A DNA stretch of 58,845 nt from Pseudomonas sp. (GTDB lineage Bacteria; Pseudomonadota; Gammaproteobacteria; Pseudomonadales; Pseudomonadaceae): positions 1-58,845 of the forward strand of contig JBFJZW010000001.1 in assembly GCA_041621875.1 (NCBI GenBank), given 5' to 3'. Numbering within the stretch: the first letter of the stretch is position 1; each line of letters starts with the position of its first letter. This document shows, piece after piece, positions 21,770 through 30,882 of the stretch. A program made the position numbers and the translations under genes. Under the pieces are notes generated by a model, which ran no database searches, was not told the DNA's origin, and saw nothing but the letters and a program-made list of their open reading frames with translations.

Positions 21770-23710
21770 ATGAAGCGACTCTTAACGCCATTAGCAGCTG
21801 CATGCCTGCTCGCAGCATCCCCCTCCCTTGTACTGGCCTCGCCCTATTCCGGGCTGGTGGTGTTTGGCGATAGCCTCAGCGATGCCGGGCAGTTTGCCGA
21901 CCCCGGTGGCCCGGATGGGGCCACCCGGCGCTTTACCAACCGAGTGGGGCCGACTTACCAGAGCGGCAGCGGCGAAATCTTTGGCTCGACCTCGCCCATG
22001 CTGCTGGGCGAGCTGCTGGGCCTGGGGCCGCAAACCCCCTCGACCTCTTCGGTGCTGGCCGATGCCGGGCTGCCTGACGGCTCCAACTGGGCCGTAGGCG
22101 GTTACCGCACTGACCAGATTCTCGACTCGATCACCGCGGCCGGCGGCTCGGTGGTGGGCAGTCGTACGCGCGATGGTTATCTCCTGGACCTGGCCAATCG
22201 CGGCCTGAGTCTTGACCCTAATACGCTGTTTTATGTGAACGGCGGGGGCAATGATTTTCTTCAGTTAGCTATCAATCCGTTCGCTCCACCGGCGGTAGCA
22301 ACTCAGCAGGCGCAGGCCGCCGCTGGCCGCTTGGTTGATGGCGTCGAGGCCCTGCAAGCCGCTGGCGCGCGCTACATCATGGTTTCTTTGCTACCCGATG
22401 TAGGTGGCACGCCTAGTGCGGCTGCTTTGGGTGGGTTGTTCCCCACATTGCCGGGCACCATCTCTGGGCTGGTGGGCGATTTCAATACAGAACTGGTCAG
22501 CCAGTTGCGCGGCGTTAACGCCAATATCATCCCGCTGAATCTGCCGTTATTGGTGACCGAGGTACTCGCCACCCCCGGCACCTATGGTTTTGATGCCACT
22601 CAGGATCTGACGGGCACCTGCTTCGATGGCTGTGCCAACGTCAATGCCACCTGGGGTATCAATAGCGCTACGCCGGACCCGAGCAAGCTGATGTTCAACG
22701 ACAGCGTGCACCCGACCACGGCCGTGCAACAGATCGCCGCTGATTACTCTTATTCTCTTCTGGCGGCACCCTGGGAGCTGACTCTGTTGCCGGAAATGGC
22801 CCACGGCACCTTGCGCGCGCATCAGGACCAGCTGCGTACACAGCTGCTGGCCGACTGGGAAGCCTGGCAAGCCGTTGGCCAGTGGCGGGCGATGGTGTCC
22901 GCCTCGGGCCAGCGTCTGGACTTCGACTCCCAGCGTGCGTCTGCAGGGGCCGATGGCGATGGCTACAGCCTCAACCTGGGCACCAGCTACCGGCTCGACG
23001 AGGCCTGGCGGGTGGGCGTTTCCCTCGGGGTATACGAGCAGGAATTGCAGGCCGGCAGGGCCGATTCCGACTACGACATGCGCAGCTATCTGGCCACCGC
23101 CTTTGCCCAGTACCAGCACAACCGCTGGTGGGGTGATTTTTCCGCCAGTGCGGGCTACCTGGATTATCAGGACCTCAAGCGCAAATTCGATCTGGGCATT
23201 ACCCAGGCCGGCGAGCAGGGCGACAGCGAAGGCCAGTTGTGGGCATTGAGCGGGCGGCTGGGCTACGACATCGCCCAGCCCGGCAGCCACTGGCACCTGA
23301 GTCCCTTCCTCAGCGCCGACTATGCACGAGTCGAGGTGGACGGTTATGCCGAAGAGGGAGCGCGTTCGACCGCACTGACCTTCGACGACCAAACCCGCAC
23401 CTCCAAGCGCCTGGGCTTCGGCTTCCAGGGCAACTGGATGCTCGGCGCGAATACCCAGGTGTTTGCGGAGATCGCCCGCGAGAAGGAATATGAGGACGAT
23501 GCAGCCAAACTCAATGTCGCCCTCAACAGCCTGCCGAGCCTGGATTTCACCCTGCAGGGTTATCAGCCGGATGATCGTCTGGACCGCCTGAGCCTGGGCT
23601 TCAGCCAGCAGCTGAGCGCGGATCTGGCATTGCGCGGGGCCTACAGCCTGCGCAAGGGCGAGGACGACAAGCAGCAGGGCGTCAACCTGGCGTTGACCTG
23701 GAACTGGTAG
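21770..23710 (+). CDS. estA: Autotransporter GDSL esterase EstA/EstP
   Basis: Signal peptide, FGDSLSD, GGND and DSVHPT (SGNH blocks); C-terminal beta-barrel ending in W. Confidence 0.93.
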   Translation: MKRLLTPLAAACLLAASPSLVLASPYSGLVVFGDSLSDAGQFADPGGPDGATRRFTNRVGPTYQSGSGEIFGSTSPMLLGELLGLGPQTPSTSSVLADAGLPDGSNWAVGGYRTDQILDSITAAGGSVVGSRTRDGYLLDLANRGLSLDPNTLFYVNGGGNDFLQLAINPFAPPAVATQQAQAAAGRLVDGVEALQAAGARYIMVSLLPDVGGTPSAAALGGLFPTLPGTISGLVGDFNTELVSQLRGVNANIIPLNLPLLVTEVLATPGTYGFDATQDLTGTCFDGCANVNATWGINSATPDPSKLMFNDSVHPTTAVQQIAADYSYSLLAAPWELTLLPEMAHGTLRAHQDQLRTQLLADWEAWQAVGQWRAMVSASGQRLDFDSQRASAGADGDGYSLNLGTSYRLDEAWRVGVSLGVYEQELQAGRADSDYDMRSYLATAFAQYQHNRWWGDFSASAGYLDYQDLKRKFDLGITQAGEQGDSEGQLWALSGRLGYDIAQPGSHWHLSPFLSADYARVEVDGYAEEGARSTALTFDDQTRTSKRLGFGFQGNWMLGANTQVFAEIAREKEYEDDAAKLNVALNSLPSLDFTLQGYQPDDRLDRLSLGFSQQLSADLALRGAYSLRKGEDDKQQGVNLALTWNW

Positions 23711-23720
23711 CGACCAACGG

Positions 23721-23743
23721 GCGGCAGCGGGAGGTGCTGCCGC
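23721..23743 (+). terminator. Possible terminator hairpin after estA
   Basis: GCGGCAGC-N7-GCTGCCGC with only a weak T tail. Confidence 0.4.
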
Positions 23744-23791
23744 TCTTAAAGGAGTAAACTGCGCGCGATTTCTTTCCTTCCGGAGCCTTCC

Positions 23792-24799
23792 ATGTCCCGC
23801 GTTACCCTCAGCCGCTACCTGATCGAGCAGACCCGCAGCCATAACACCCCGGCCGACCTGCGCTTCCTTATCGAGGTGGTGGCGCGTGCCTGCAAAGCGA
23901 TCAGCCATCAGGTGTCCAAGGGTGCCCTGGGCGGTGTGCTGGGCAGCATGGAAACCGAGAACGTGCAGGGTGAAGTGCAGAAGAAGCTCGATGTGCTGTC
24001 CAACGAGATTCTGCTGGAGGCCAACGAGTGGGGCGGCCACCTGGCCGGCATGGCGTCGGAAGAAATGGACAACGCCTACCAGATTCCCGGCAAGTACCCG
24101 AAGGGGGCCTACCTGCTGGTTTTCGACCCGCTGGACGGCTCCAGCAACATCGATGTCAACGTCTCGGTCGGCACCATCTTCTCGGTGCTGCGTTGCCCGG
24201 ATCGCAATGGCGAAGAGGGCGACCTCGGCGAGGAAGCCTTCCTCCAGCCGGGCACCCAGCAGGTCGCCGCCGGTTACGCGATCTACGGCCCGCAGACCAT
24301 GCTGATGCTGACCCTGGGCGATGGTGTCAAGGGCTTCACCCTGGACCGCGAGCTGGGTAGCTTCGTGCTCACCCATGACAACATCAAGGTACCGGAGTCG
24401 ACCAAAGAGTTCGCCATCAACATGTCCAACCAGCGCCACTGGGAAGCACCGGTGCAGCGTTACGTCAGCGAGCTGCTGGCGGGCGAGACCGGGCCGCTGG
24501 GCAAGAACTACAACATGCGCTGGGTCGCCGCGATGGTCGCCGACGTGCATCGCATCCTCACCCGTGGCGGCGTATTTATGTACCCGCGTGACAGCCGCGA
24601 GCCGGAAAAACCGGGCAAGCTGCGCCTGATGTACGAAGCCAATCCGATGGCGATGATCATCGAACAGGCCGGCGGCGTGGCCACCAACGGCAGTCAGCGC
24701 ATTCTCGATATCCAGCCGACTTCCCTGCATCAGCGGGTGGCGGTCTTCCTCGGTTCCAAGGAAGAAGTGCTGCGCATCACGGCCTACCACCGGGACTGA
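23792..24799 (+). CDS. fbp: Class 1 fructose-1,6-bisphosphatase
   Basis: [20 protein letters not shown] and GKLRLMYE motifs. Confidence 0.97.
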   Translation: MSRVTLSRYLIEQTRSHNTPADLRFLIEVVARACKAISHQVSKGALGGVLGSMETENVQGEVQKKLDVLSNEILLEANEWGGHLAGMASEEMDNAYQIPGKYPKGAYLLVFDPLDGSSNIDVNVSVGTIFSVLRCPDRNGEEGDLGEEAFLQPGTQQVAAGYAIYGPQTMLMLTLGDGVKGFTLDRELGSFVLTHDNIKVPESTKEFAINMSNQRHWEAPVQRYVSELLAGETGPLGKNYNMRWVAAMVADVHRILTRGGVFMYPRDSREPEKPGKLRLMYEANPMAMIIEQAGGVATNGSQRILDIQPTSLHQRVAVFLGSKEEVLRITAYHRD

Positions 24800-24802
24800 A
24801 CC

Positions 24803-25405
24803 ATGCAGCAGTCCTGGCAGCCCTTGCTCGACTGGTGGTTCGGTCCGGCGGCAACCGCCGGAGAGGTCGCGGCTGCCCGCGGCAAACTCTGGTTCGGCAA
24901 GCAGGACAGCCAGGACCATGAGGCCCGCGAGCGCTTCGGTGCCTGGGTCGAGCAGGCCCTGGCCGACGAATTGCCTGACTGGCAGCAGGATGCCCGGGGT
25001 TGGCTGGCCAACATTCTGTTGCTCGACCAGCTGCCGCGGATGATCTTTCGCGATAGCCCGCGGGCCTTTGCCGGCGATGCGCTGGCCCGCAGGCTGGTGC
25101 AGCAGGGCATGGCCAGGGGCTGGGACCAGCAGCTTGCGCCTATCCAGCGGGTGTTTGTCTACCTGGTGCTGGAGCATGCCGAAGACCCGGCACTGCAGGA
25201 CCAGGCAGTGCAGCTGTTCGATGGGCTGCATCAGCAGGCCGCAAGCGCCGAGCGCGAGCTATTTGCCGGCTACCTGGACTATGCCGAGCGCCACCAGCGG
25301 GTGATTGCCCGCTTCGGCCGTTTCCCTCATCGCAATCAGATTCTCGGGCGCACCAGCAGCGCCGAGGAATCTGCCTTTCTGCTGGAACCCGGCTCGCGTT
25401 TCTGA
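24803..25405 (+). CDS. DUF924 family protein
   Basis: LLDQLPR, EHAED and FGRFPHRN.ILGR motifs. Confidence 0.9.
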   Translation: MQQSWQPLLDWWFGPAATAGEVAAARGKLWFGKQDSQDHEARERFGAWVEQALADELPDWQQDARGWLANILLLDQLPRMIFRDSPRAFAGDALARRLVQQGMARGWDQQLAPIQRVFVYLVLEHAEDPALQDQAVQLFDGLHQQAASAERELFAGYLDYAERHQRVIARFGRFPHRNQILGRTSSAEESAFLLEPGSRF

Positions 25406-25473
25406 GTTCCAAGCAGGCACCTCGGGTTTCGCTGTGCCAAGCTTGCTGTTCTTTCCCCTCTGGAGTCTGTGCC

Positions 25474-25728
25474 ATGTCGTTGCGTCATTTCGCTTTGCTG
25501 TGCTGCTGTGTCGTGCTGGCTGCCTGTAGCAAGGTCAATCAGGATAATTACTCGAAACTCAAACCCGGCATGAGCAAGACCGAGGTGGAGAGCCTGCTGG
25601 GTAGCCCGAGCGAGTGCGCGGGTGCATTGGGCATGTCGAGTTGCACCTGGGGCGATGAACAGCGCTTTATCAGCGTCCAGTACGCCGGCGAGAAGGTCAT
25701 GATGTTTTCCGGCAAGGGCCTCAAATGA
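25474..25728 (+). CDS. Small lipoprotein (SmpA/OmlA-like fold)
   Basis: Lipobox LAAC; GMSKTEVESLLGSP. Confidence 0.8.
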   Translation: MSLRHFALLCCCVVLAACSKVNQDNYSKLKPGMSKTEVESLLGSPSECAGALGMSSCTWGDEQRFISVQYAGEKVMMFSGKGLK

Positions 25729-26285
25729 TGCGTCTGCTGGTGGCCGCGCTGGCCCTCGCCGTGCTGGCGGGCTGTGCCAATTCGGGCACCGGCGTGGTGC
25801 CGCCGCAGACCGTGGAACGGGTCGATCTGGAGCGTTATCAGGGCACCTGGTACGAACTGGCGCGACTGCCGATGTTCTTCCAGCGTCACTGTGCGCAGTC
25901 CGAGGCAACCTACGGTCTGCAGGAGGACGGCAGCCTCGCCGTCAGCAATCGTTGCCGCACCACCACGGGCGAATGGCAACAGGCGCAAGGGCAGGCGGTG
26001 CCGCAGCTGGCCGGGCAGAGCAACAAGCTCTGGGTCCGTTTCGATAACTGGGCCAGTCGTCTGCTGCCGGGGCTGACCAAGGGCGAGTACTGGGTGCTCT
26101 ACCTGGACGACGACTACCAGAATGCCCTGGTCGGTCACCCCAATCGCAAATATCTCTGGCTGCTGTCGCGCAGCCCGGACGTTAGCGTCCAGACCCGCGA
26201 GCTGCTGCTCGGCGAGGCACAGAGTCGTGGTTATGACACCGAGCGCTTGATCTGGCGCAGCAGCAACCAGCAGATCGAACCCTAG
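25725..26285 (+). CDS. blc: Bacterial lipocalin
   Basis: Lipobox LAGC; DLERYQGTWYELAR, YWVLYLDDDY and YLWLLSR motifs. Confidence 0.92.
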   Translation: MMRLLVAALALAVLAGCANSGTGVVPPQTVERVDLERYQGTWYELARLPMFFQRHCAQSEATYGLQEDGSLAVSNRCRTTTGEWQQAQGQAVPQLAGQSNKLWVRFDNWASRLLPGLTKGEYWVLYLDDDYQNALVGHPNRKYLWLLSRSPDVSVQTRELLLGEAQSRGYDTERLIWRSSNQQIEP

Positions 26286-26725
26286 GGCTTGGCTTTGGCG
26301 CTAAGCAGGCGGATGCTCAGCTGGGTGTCCGCCTCGCCATGCTCGAACAGGCAGTCGAGGGGCGCAGGCTTGCCATTGACCAGTGGCGGGTTGCCGGAAA
26401 AACCCACGGGTTCGAGGGGAATCCCGCGCCGGCTGTGGTCGAGTCGGCCATTGCCGTTGCTGTCCTGAAACAGCTGGATGGCATAGCGCCCCGAGGCGAT
26501 ATCCTCCAGCCGCACCACGGCCGCGCTGCTGCGCAGCTGCAGCAGCGGTTGTTCGGGCCAGTGCGGCTCGGCGGCGACCAGTGCCAGGTAGAGGTCGCCG
26601 CTGGCGTGGCTGCCCTCTACTTTGACCAGGATGTCGCCAGCCTGGGCCAGCGGGCAGCCCAGTAGCAGCATCAGCCCGGTTTGATAGCCGGTCTTCTTTA
26701 CGGTTTGAAGAAATCTCTGTGGCAT
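26282..26725 (-). CDS. DUF2141 family secreted protein
   Basis: Signal peptide; G.YAIQLFQDSNGNGRLD...GIPLEPVGFSGNP. Start codon uncertain. Confidence 0.8.
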   Translation of the reverse strand: MPQRFLQTVKKTGYQTGLMLLLGCPLAQAGDILVKVEGSHASGDLYLALVAAEPHWPEQPLLQLRSSAAVVRLEDIASGRYAIQLFQDSNGNGRLDHSRRGIPLEPVGFSGNPPLVNGKPAPLDCLFEHGEADTQLSIRLLSAKAKP

Positions 26726-26756
26726 AATCCGGGCATTTCGCAGGAAGTGGCTGGCG

Positions 26757-27674
26757 ATGCGTCAGGTATTGATCGTTCATTATTCGCAAACCGGCCAGCT
26801 AGACAGGTTGGCGCAGTCGGTCTGTGGGCCGCTGCAGCAGCACGCCGATATTCAGCTGGATTATCTGCAGCTGCAACCCGCGCAACCTTACCCCTTTCCC
26901 TGGCCCTTTCTCGACTTTTTCCGGATTTTTCCGGAAACCGTGCTGATGCGCCCGCAGCCGCTGCTGCCGTTGGCGGTGGATGCGAGCAAGCGTTATGACC
27001 TGGTGATCCTGGCCTATCAGGTGTGGTTTCTCTCGCCGTCGCAGCCGATGACCGCCTTTCTCGCCTCGCCGCAGGCGGCGCAGCTGCTCGAGGGCACCCC
27101 GGTGGTGACCCTGATCGGTTGCCGCAATATGTGGCTGATGGCCCAGGAGAAGGTCAAGCACCGACTCAGCGAACTGGGTGCGCGACTGGTAGACAATATC
27201 GCCCTGACCGACGCCTGCGGCACCGCGGCAAGCTTTCTGGCCACACCCTTGTGGCTGTTTACCGGCCGGCAGAAGCCCTACAGCTGGGTGCCGCGCGCCG
27301 GTATCGATGAGGCGGAAATCGCCGCCGCCAGCCGCTTCGGTGAGGCCATGGCGCAGCGCTTGACGGCCGATAGCCTGTCGATCGAGCAACCCATGCTGAG
27401 CGGGCTTGGCGCGGTGCGTATTGATGAAAAGCTGATCGCCAGCGAGAAGGTAGGCAATCGCAGTTTCCAGTTATGGAGCCGCTTGCTGGCCGCTCTAGGC
27501 CCGCAGCAGAGCCGCCGCCGTGCGGTCGGGCTGGTGCTGTATATCGCGTTTTTGTTGTGCCTGATCGTCACCGTAGTGCCGCTCAGCGCCTTGTTGAAAA
27601 AGCTCCTGGCACCCCTGTCCAAGGCGCGCACCCTGCGTGAAAAGGCCTACTTTGCCGGCCCGTCTGGCGAGTGA
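26757..27674 (+). CDS. darA: DarA-like dialkylresorcinol biosynthesis protein (aromatase)
   Basis: VLIVHYSQTGQ, YPFPWPF..FF..FPE, YQVWFLSPS, CRNMW and a C-terminal hydrophobic segment; lies directly upstream of a DarB-like KS III. Confidence 0.85.
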   Translation: MRQVLIVHYSQTGQLDRLAQSVCGPLQQHADIQLDYLQLQPAQPYPFPWPFLDFFRIFPETVLMRPQPLLPLAVDASKRYDLVILAYQVWFLSPSQPMTAFLASPQAAQLLEGTPVVTLIGCRNMWLMAQEKVKHRLSELGARLVDNIALTDACGTAASFLATPLWLFTGRQKPYSWVPRAGIDEAEIAAASRFGEAMAQRLTADSLSIEQPMLSGLGAVRIDEKLIASEKVGNRSFQLWSRLLAALGPQQSRRRAVGLVLYIAFLLCLIVTVVPLSALLKKLLAPLSKARTLREKAYFAGPSGE

Positions 27675-27693
27675 AGTGACCCGAGGAAACCCC

Positions 27694-28860
27694 GTGGTAC
27701 AACCCGTATTTATCAATCGCATCAGTGCCTTTCTGCCCTTCGATGCGGTCGACAACGAGCAGATGGAAGCGCGTTTGGGCCTGGTCGGCGGCAAGCCGTC
27801 GCGGGCGCGCAAGCTGATTCTGCGCAGCAACGGCATCCAGCAGCGCCATTATGTGATCGACCCGCACAGCGGCGAGCCGGCCATGAGCAATGCGCAGATC
27901 AGCGCCGCGGCGATTCGCGGCCTGCTCGGTGATGAGTTCCAGCTGGAGGATCTCGATTGCCTGGTGGCCAGCAGCGCCTCGCCGGATCAGGTCATGCCTG
28001 GTCATGCGGTGATGGTCCAGGGCGAGCTGGGCAATCCGCCTTGCGAGGTGGTGAGCACTGCCGGTATCTGTCTGTGCGGCATGACCGCGCTGAAATACGC
28101 CTGGATGAGCGTGGCCAGCGGTGAAAGCCGCAATGCCGTGGCCTGCGGCTCGGAGGTGGCGTCGACCCTGATGCTGGCGCGCAATTTCAATGGCGAATAC
28201 GAAAGCCGGGTCGAGGAGCTGGAAAGCCACCCGGAGATCGCCTTCGAGAAGGATTTTCTGCGCTGGATGCTCTCCGATGGTGCCGGCGCGGTACTGCTGC
28301 AAGGCCAGCCGAACCGCACGGGTCTGAGTCTGCGCATCGACTGGTTGGACATCTTCTCCTTTGCCGACCAGATGCCGCCGTGCATGTACGCCGGTGCCGA
28401 GATGGTCGATGGCCAGCTGCAGGGCTGGAGTCGTTACGACGGCGGCGAGCGCAACCGCCGCTCACTGATGGCGATCAAGCAGGACGTCAAACTGCTTAAC
28501 GACAATATCGTCAAATACACGGTGGAAGAGACCCTCAAGCGCATCATGGTGCGGCGCGAACTGCATGCCGATGCGATCGATTATTTCCTGCCGCATTACA
28601 GCTCGGAGTTTTTCCGCGAGCGTCTGGCCGTGGGCCTGGCCAATGTGGGCTTGCCGATTCCGCAGGAACGCTGGTTTACCAACCTGACCCGCAAGGGCAA
28701 TACCGGCGCGGCGTCGATCTTTATCATGCTCGAAGAACTGTTCAATTCAGGTCGCCTGCGCAGCGGCCAGCGTTTGCTCTGCTACGTGCCGGAAAGCGGG
28801 CGTTTCTCCAGCGCCTTTATGCAGCTGACAGTGGTGGGCCAGGATGGTGATAACGCATGA
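27694..28860 (+). CDS. darB: DarB/StlD-family FabH-like ketosynthase (cyclohexanedione-forming)
   Basis: GTG start with GAGGA RBS; Cys-His-Asn triad (AGIC, FLPHYSS, GNTGAAS); family motifs ILRSNGI, FLRWMLSDGAGA and VPESGRF. Confidence 0.88.
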   Translation: MVQPVFINRISAFLPFDAVDNEQMEARLGLVGGKPSRARKLILRSNGIQQRHYVIDPHSGEPAMSNAQISAAAIRGLLGDEFQLEDLDCLVASSASPDQVMPGHAVMVQGELGNPPCEVVSTAGICLCGMTALKYAWMSVASGESRNAVACGSEVASTLMLARNFNGEYESRVEELESHPEIAFEKDFLRWMLSDGAGAVLLQGQPNRTGLSLRIDWLDIFSFADQMPPCMYAGAEMVDGQLQGWSRYDGGERNRRSLMAIKQDVKLLNDNIVKYTVEETLKRIMVRRELHADAIDYFLPHYSSEFFRERLAVGLANVGLPIPQERWFTNLTRKGNTGAASIFIMLEELFNSGRLRSGQRLLCYVPESGRFSSAFMQLTVVGQDGDNA

Positions 28861-29264
28861 AACTCGATGAAGTTCCCCAGGATCACAGTTCCACCTACGG
28901 TGGCCACAGCAAGCTGGTCTATGCGGTGGATGCCAGCGGCCATTATCAGGGCGCGCAGAGCGATGGCTGGGAGCCGGAGGCCTTCGCCACCCAGCTGGCC
29001 GTGGCCGAACTGCAGGAGCTGGCCGCCGAGGCCGAGGCTGGCTGGCAGCGCGGCGAGCTGTCGCCGCTCAAGTGCCTGATGTACCGCTATCGCCTGGACG
29101 AGCCGGCGCTCGCGCAGATCACCGGGCTGTGGCAATGGCGCATTCGCCGGCACTTTCGCCCGACTATTTATAACAAGCTGTCGGCGGCCATTCTGGCCCG
29201 TTACGCCGAGGCCTTCGGCCTGCCTGTCGCACAATTGATCGCCTACCAGAAGGATGCGGCATGA
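28857..29264 (+). CDS. Small hypothetical protein of the type found in dar/flexirubin clusters
   Basis: ATGA-coupled on both sides; MK..EVPQD, YAVD..G.Y, GWE.E, SPL and WRIRRHFRP motifs. Confidence 0.75.
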   Translation: MKLDEVPQDHSSTYGGHSKLVYAVDASGHYQGAQSDGWEPEAFATQLAVAELQELAAEAEAGWQRGELSPLKCLMYRYRLDEPALAQITGLWQWRIRRHFRPTIYNKLSAAILARYAEAFGLPVAQLIAYQKDAA

Positions 29265-30268
29265 GCAGTTTCCAGCAGCCCTTTCAGCACCAGCAGAGCG
29301 CCCACTGCGAAAGCGGGGTGATGGCCAGCCTGCTGACCCACGCCGGCCTGCCCATGAGCGAGCCCATGGCCTTTGGCCTGGCCTCGGGCCTGGCCTTTGC
29401 CTACCTGCCGATCGTCAAGCTCAGTGGCATGCCGCTGATTGCCTACCGCATGCCGCCCAAGCACCTGATCAAGACCCTGAGCAAACGCCTCGGCGCGCGT
29501 CTGCATACGCGTACCTTCGGTAATCCCGAGCAGGGCCGCCGCGAATTGGATGCGGCGCTGGACAGCGGCCGCCTGGCCGGGCTGCAGAGCTCGGTGTTCT
29601 GGCTGCCCTATTTCCCGCCGGAGATGCGCTTTCACTTCAACGCGCACAACCTCTTGGCCTACGGCCGAGAAGGCAATGACTACCTGATCAGCGACCCGGT
29701 GTTCGAAGAGCCGGTGCGCTGCGCCGCCGAGGACCTGCAGAAGGCCCGCTTCGCCAAGGGCGCGCTGGCCGCCAAGGGCCTGATGTACTGGCTCGACGAG
29801 GTGCCGCTGGAGCAGGACTGGAACAGGCTGATCCGCCAGAGCGTGCTATCCACCACGCGCATCCTCGACGGCATGCCGCTGCCCTGGATCGGCATTCGCG
29901 GCATCCAGCATCTGGCGGGGCGGATCGAAAAGCTCGACCCGGCCCAGGCCAAGTACAACCGTCTGTACCTGACCCATATCGTGCGCATGCAGGAAGAGAT
30001 CGGCACCGGCGGTGCGGGTTTTCGCTTTATGTACGCGAGTTTTCTGCAGGAGGCCGGCGAGAAACTGGGCGACCGCAATCTGCAGGAAGCCTCGGCGCAA
30101 CTCACCGCCATCGGCGACAACTGGCGCCAGTTCGCCTCGGCCTGCGTGCGTGCCAGCCGCAACAAGGGCGAGACGCCGAACTTCGCCCCCATCGCCGAAA
30201 GCTTGCGCAGCATTGCCCTGCAGGAACGCGGGTTGATAAAGGAGCTGGCTGCCTGGAGCAAGCGCTAG
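29261..30268 (+). CDS. BtrH N-terminal / DUF4872 papain-like (C39-like) hydrolase
   Basis: HQQSAHCESG (Cys), FHFNAHN (His), ISDP (Asp); QEEIGTGGAGFR.MY. Confidence 0.82.
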   Translation: MSSFQQPFQHQQSAHCESGVMASLLTHAGLPMSEPMAFGLASGLAFAYLPIVKLSGMPLIAYRMPPKHLIKTLSKRLGARLHTRTFGNPEQGRRELDAALDSGRLAGLQSSVFWLPYFPPEMRFHFNAHNLLAYGREGNDYLISDPVFEEPVRCAAEDLQKARFAKGALAAKGLMYWLDEVPLEQDWNRLIRQSVLSTTRILDGMPLPWIGIRGIQHLAGRIEKLDPAQAKYNRLYLTHIVRMQEEIGTGGAGFRFMYASFLQEAGEKLGDRNLQEASAQLTAIGDNWRQFASACVRASRNKGETPNFAPIAESLRSIALQERGLIKELAAWSKR

Positions 30269-30328
30269 GGTGGATCCGATCCACCGTCTAACGCCGGTGG
30301 TGGATGAAAACGACGTCATCCACCCTAC
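30265..30328. repeat. REP doublet (GTAG type) between the convergent operons
   Basis: TAGGGTGGAT-CCG-ATCCACC ... GGTGGATGA-N7-TCATCCACCCTAC; the outer arms are complementary. Confidence 0.8.
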
Positions 30329-30882
30329 AGATTGATTCGCTGTACCTCGGTGCCGGCACTCAGCTCCGCAAAGCTGTTGGCGTAGGCACCGTTTATCGCC
30401 CCTTCCAGCAGCACAGCCTGCACGCAGAAATCTCCACGCTCATCGCAGACCAGCAGCAGCGCCTGCTCGATCAAGCCATCCTGCAAATCCAGATTGGCCA
30501 GGGCCTGCAGCTGCGCCCAGACCTGCTCTCCAGCACCGATAAACAGATTCGGCCCGTCGATGCCCAGCTGCTGGGCGATGTGGAAGCCCGCGGCATTGCT
30601 CACGCTATTCACAAACTCGAAAGGCTTGGGCTGCTTGTGCTGCACGCATACCGCCTCCAGCAGCGCGCCCATGGTGGCCCGCGCCGGGTGTGCGGAGGCC
30701 AGGTACAGGCCGCAGTTGCTGCGTATCTGGGCTTTCAAGGGCGCGGCGGCCAACAGGCATTGCAGGATCAGGCGGTCGATACGTCGCGGCGGGCTGTCCA
30801 GCCATTGTCCCAGCGCTGCTTTCAACTCTTTATCGCTACTGGCGGCAAGGCCGTGGATTTCGCTGGCGGCGATTACCGTCAT
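30325..30882 (-). CDS. Short non-catalytic ketosynthase-like protein (chain-length-factor-like)
   Basis: RRIDR and PFEFVNSVSNAAGFHIA...GPN resemble a KS N-terminal domain; GAGE stands where KS has TAC; ATGA-coupled to the KS gene. Confidence 0.65.
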   Translation of the reverse strand: MTVIAASEIHGLAASSDKELKAALGQWLDSPPRRIDRLILQCLLAAAPLKAQIRSNCGLYLASAHPARATMGALLEAVCVQHKQPKPFEFVNSVSNAAGFHIAQQLGIDGPNLFIGAGEQVWAQLQALANLDLQDGLIEQALLLVCDERGDFCVQAVLLEGAINGAYANSFAELSAGTEVQRINL

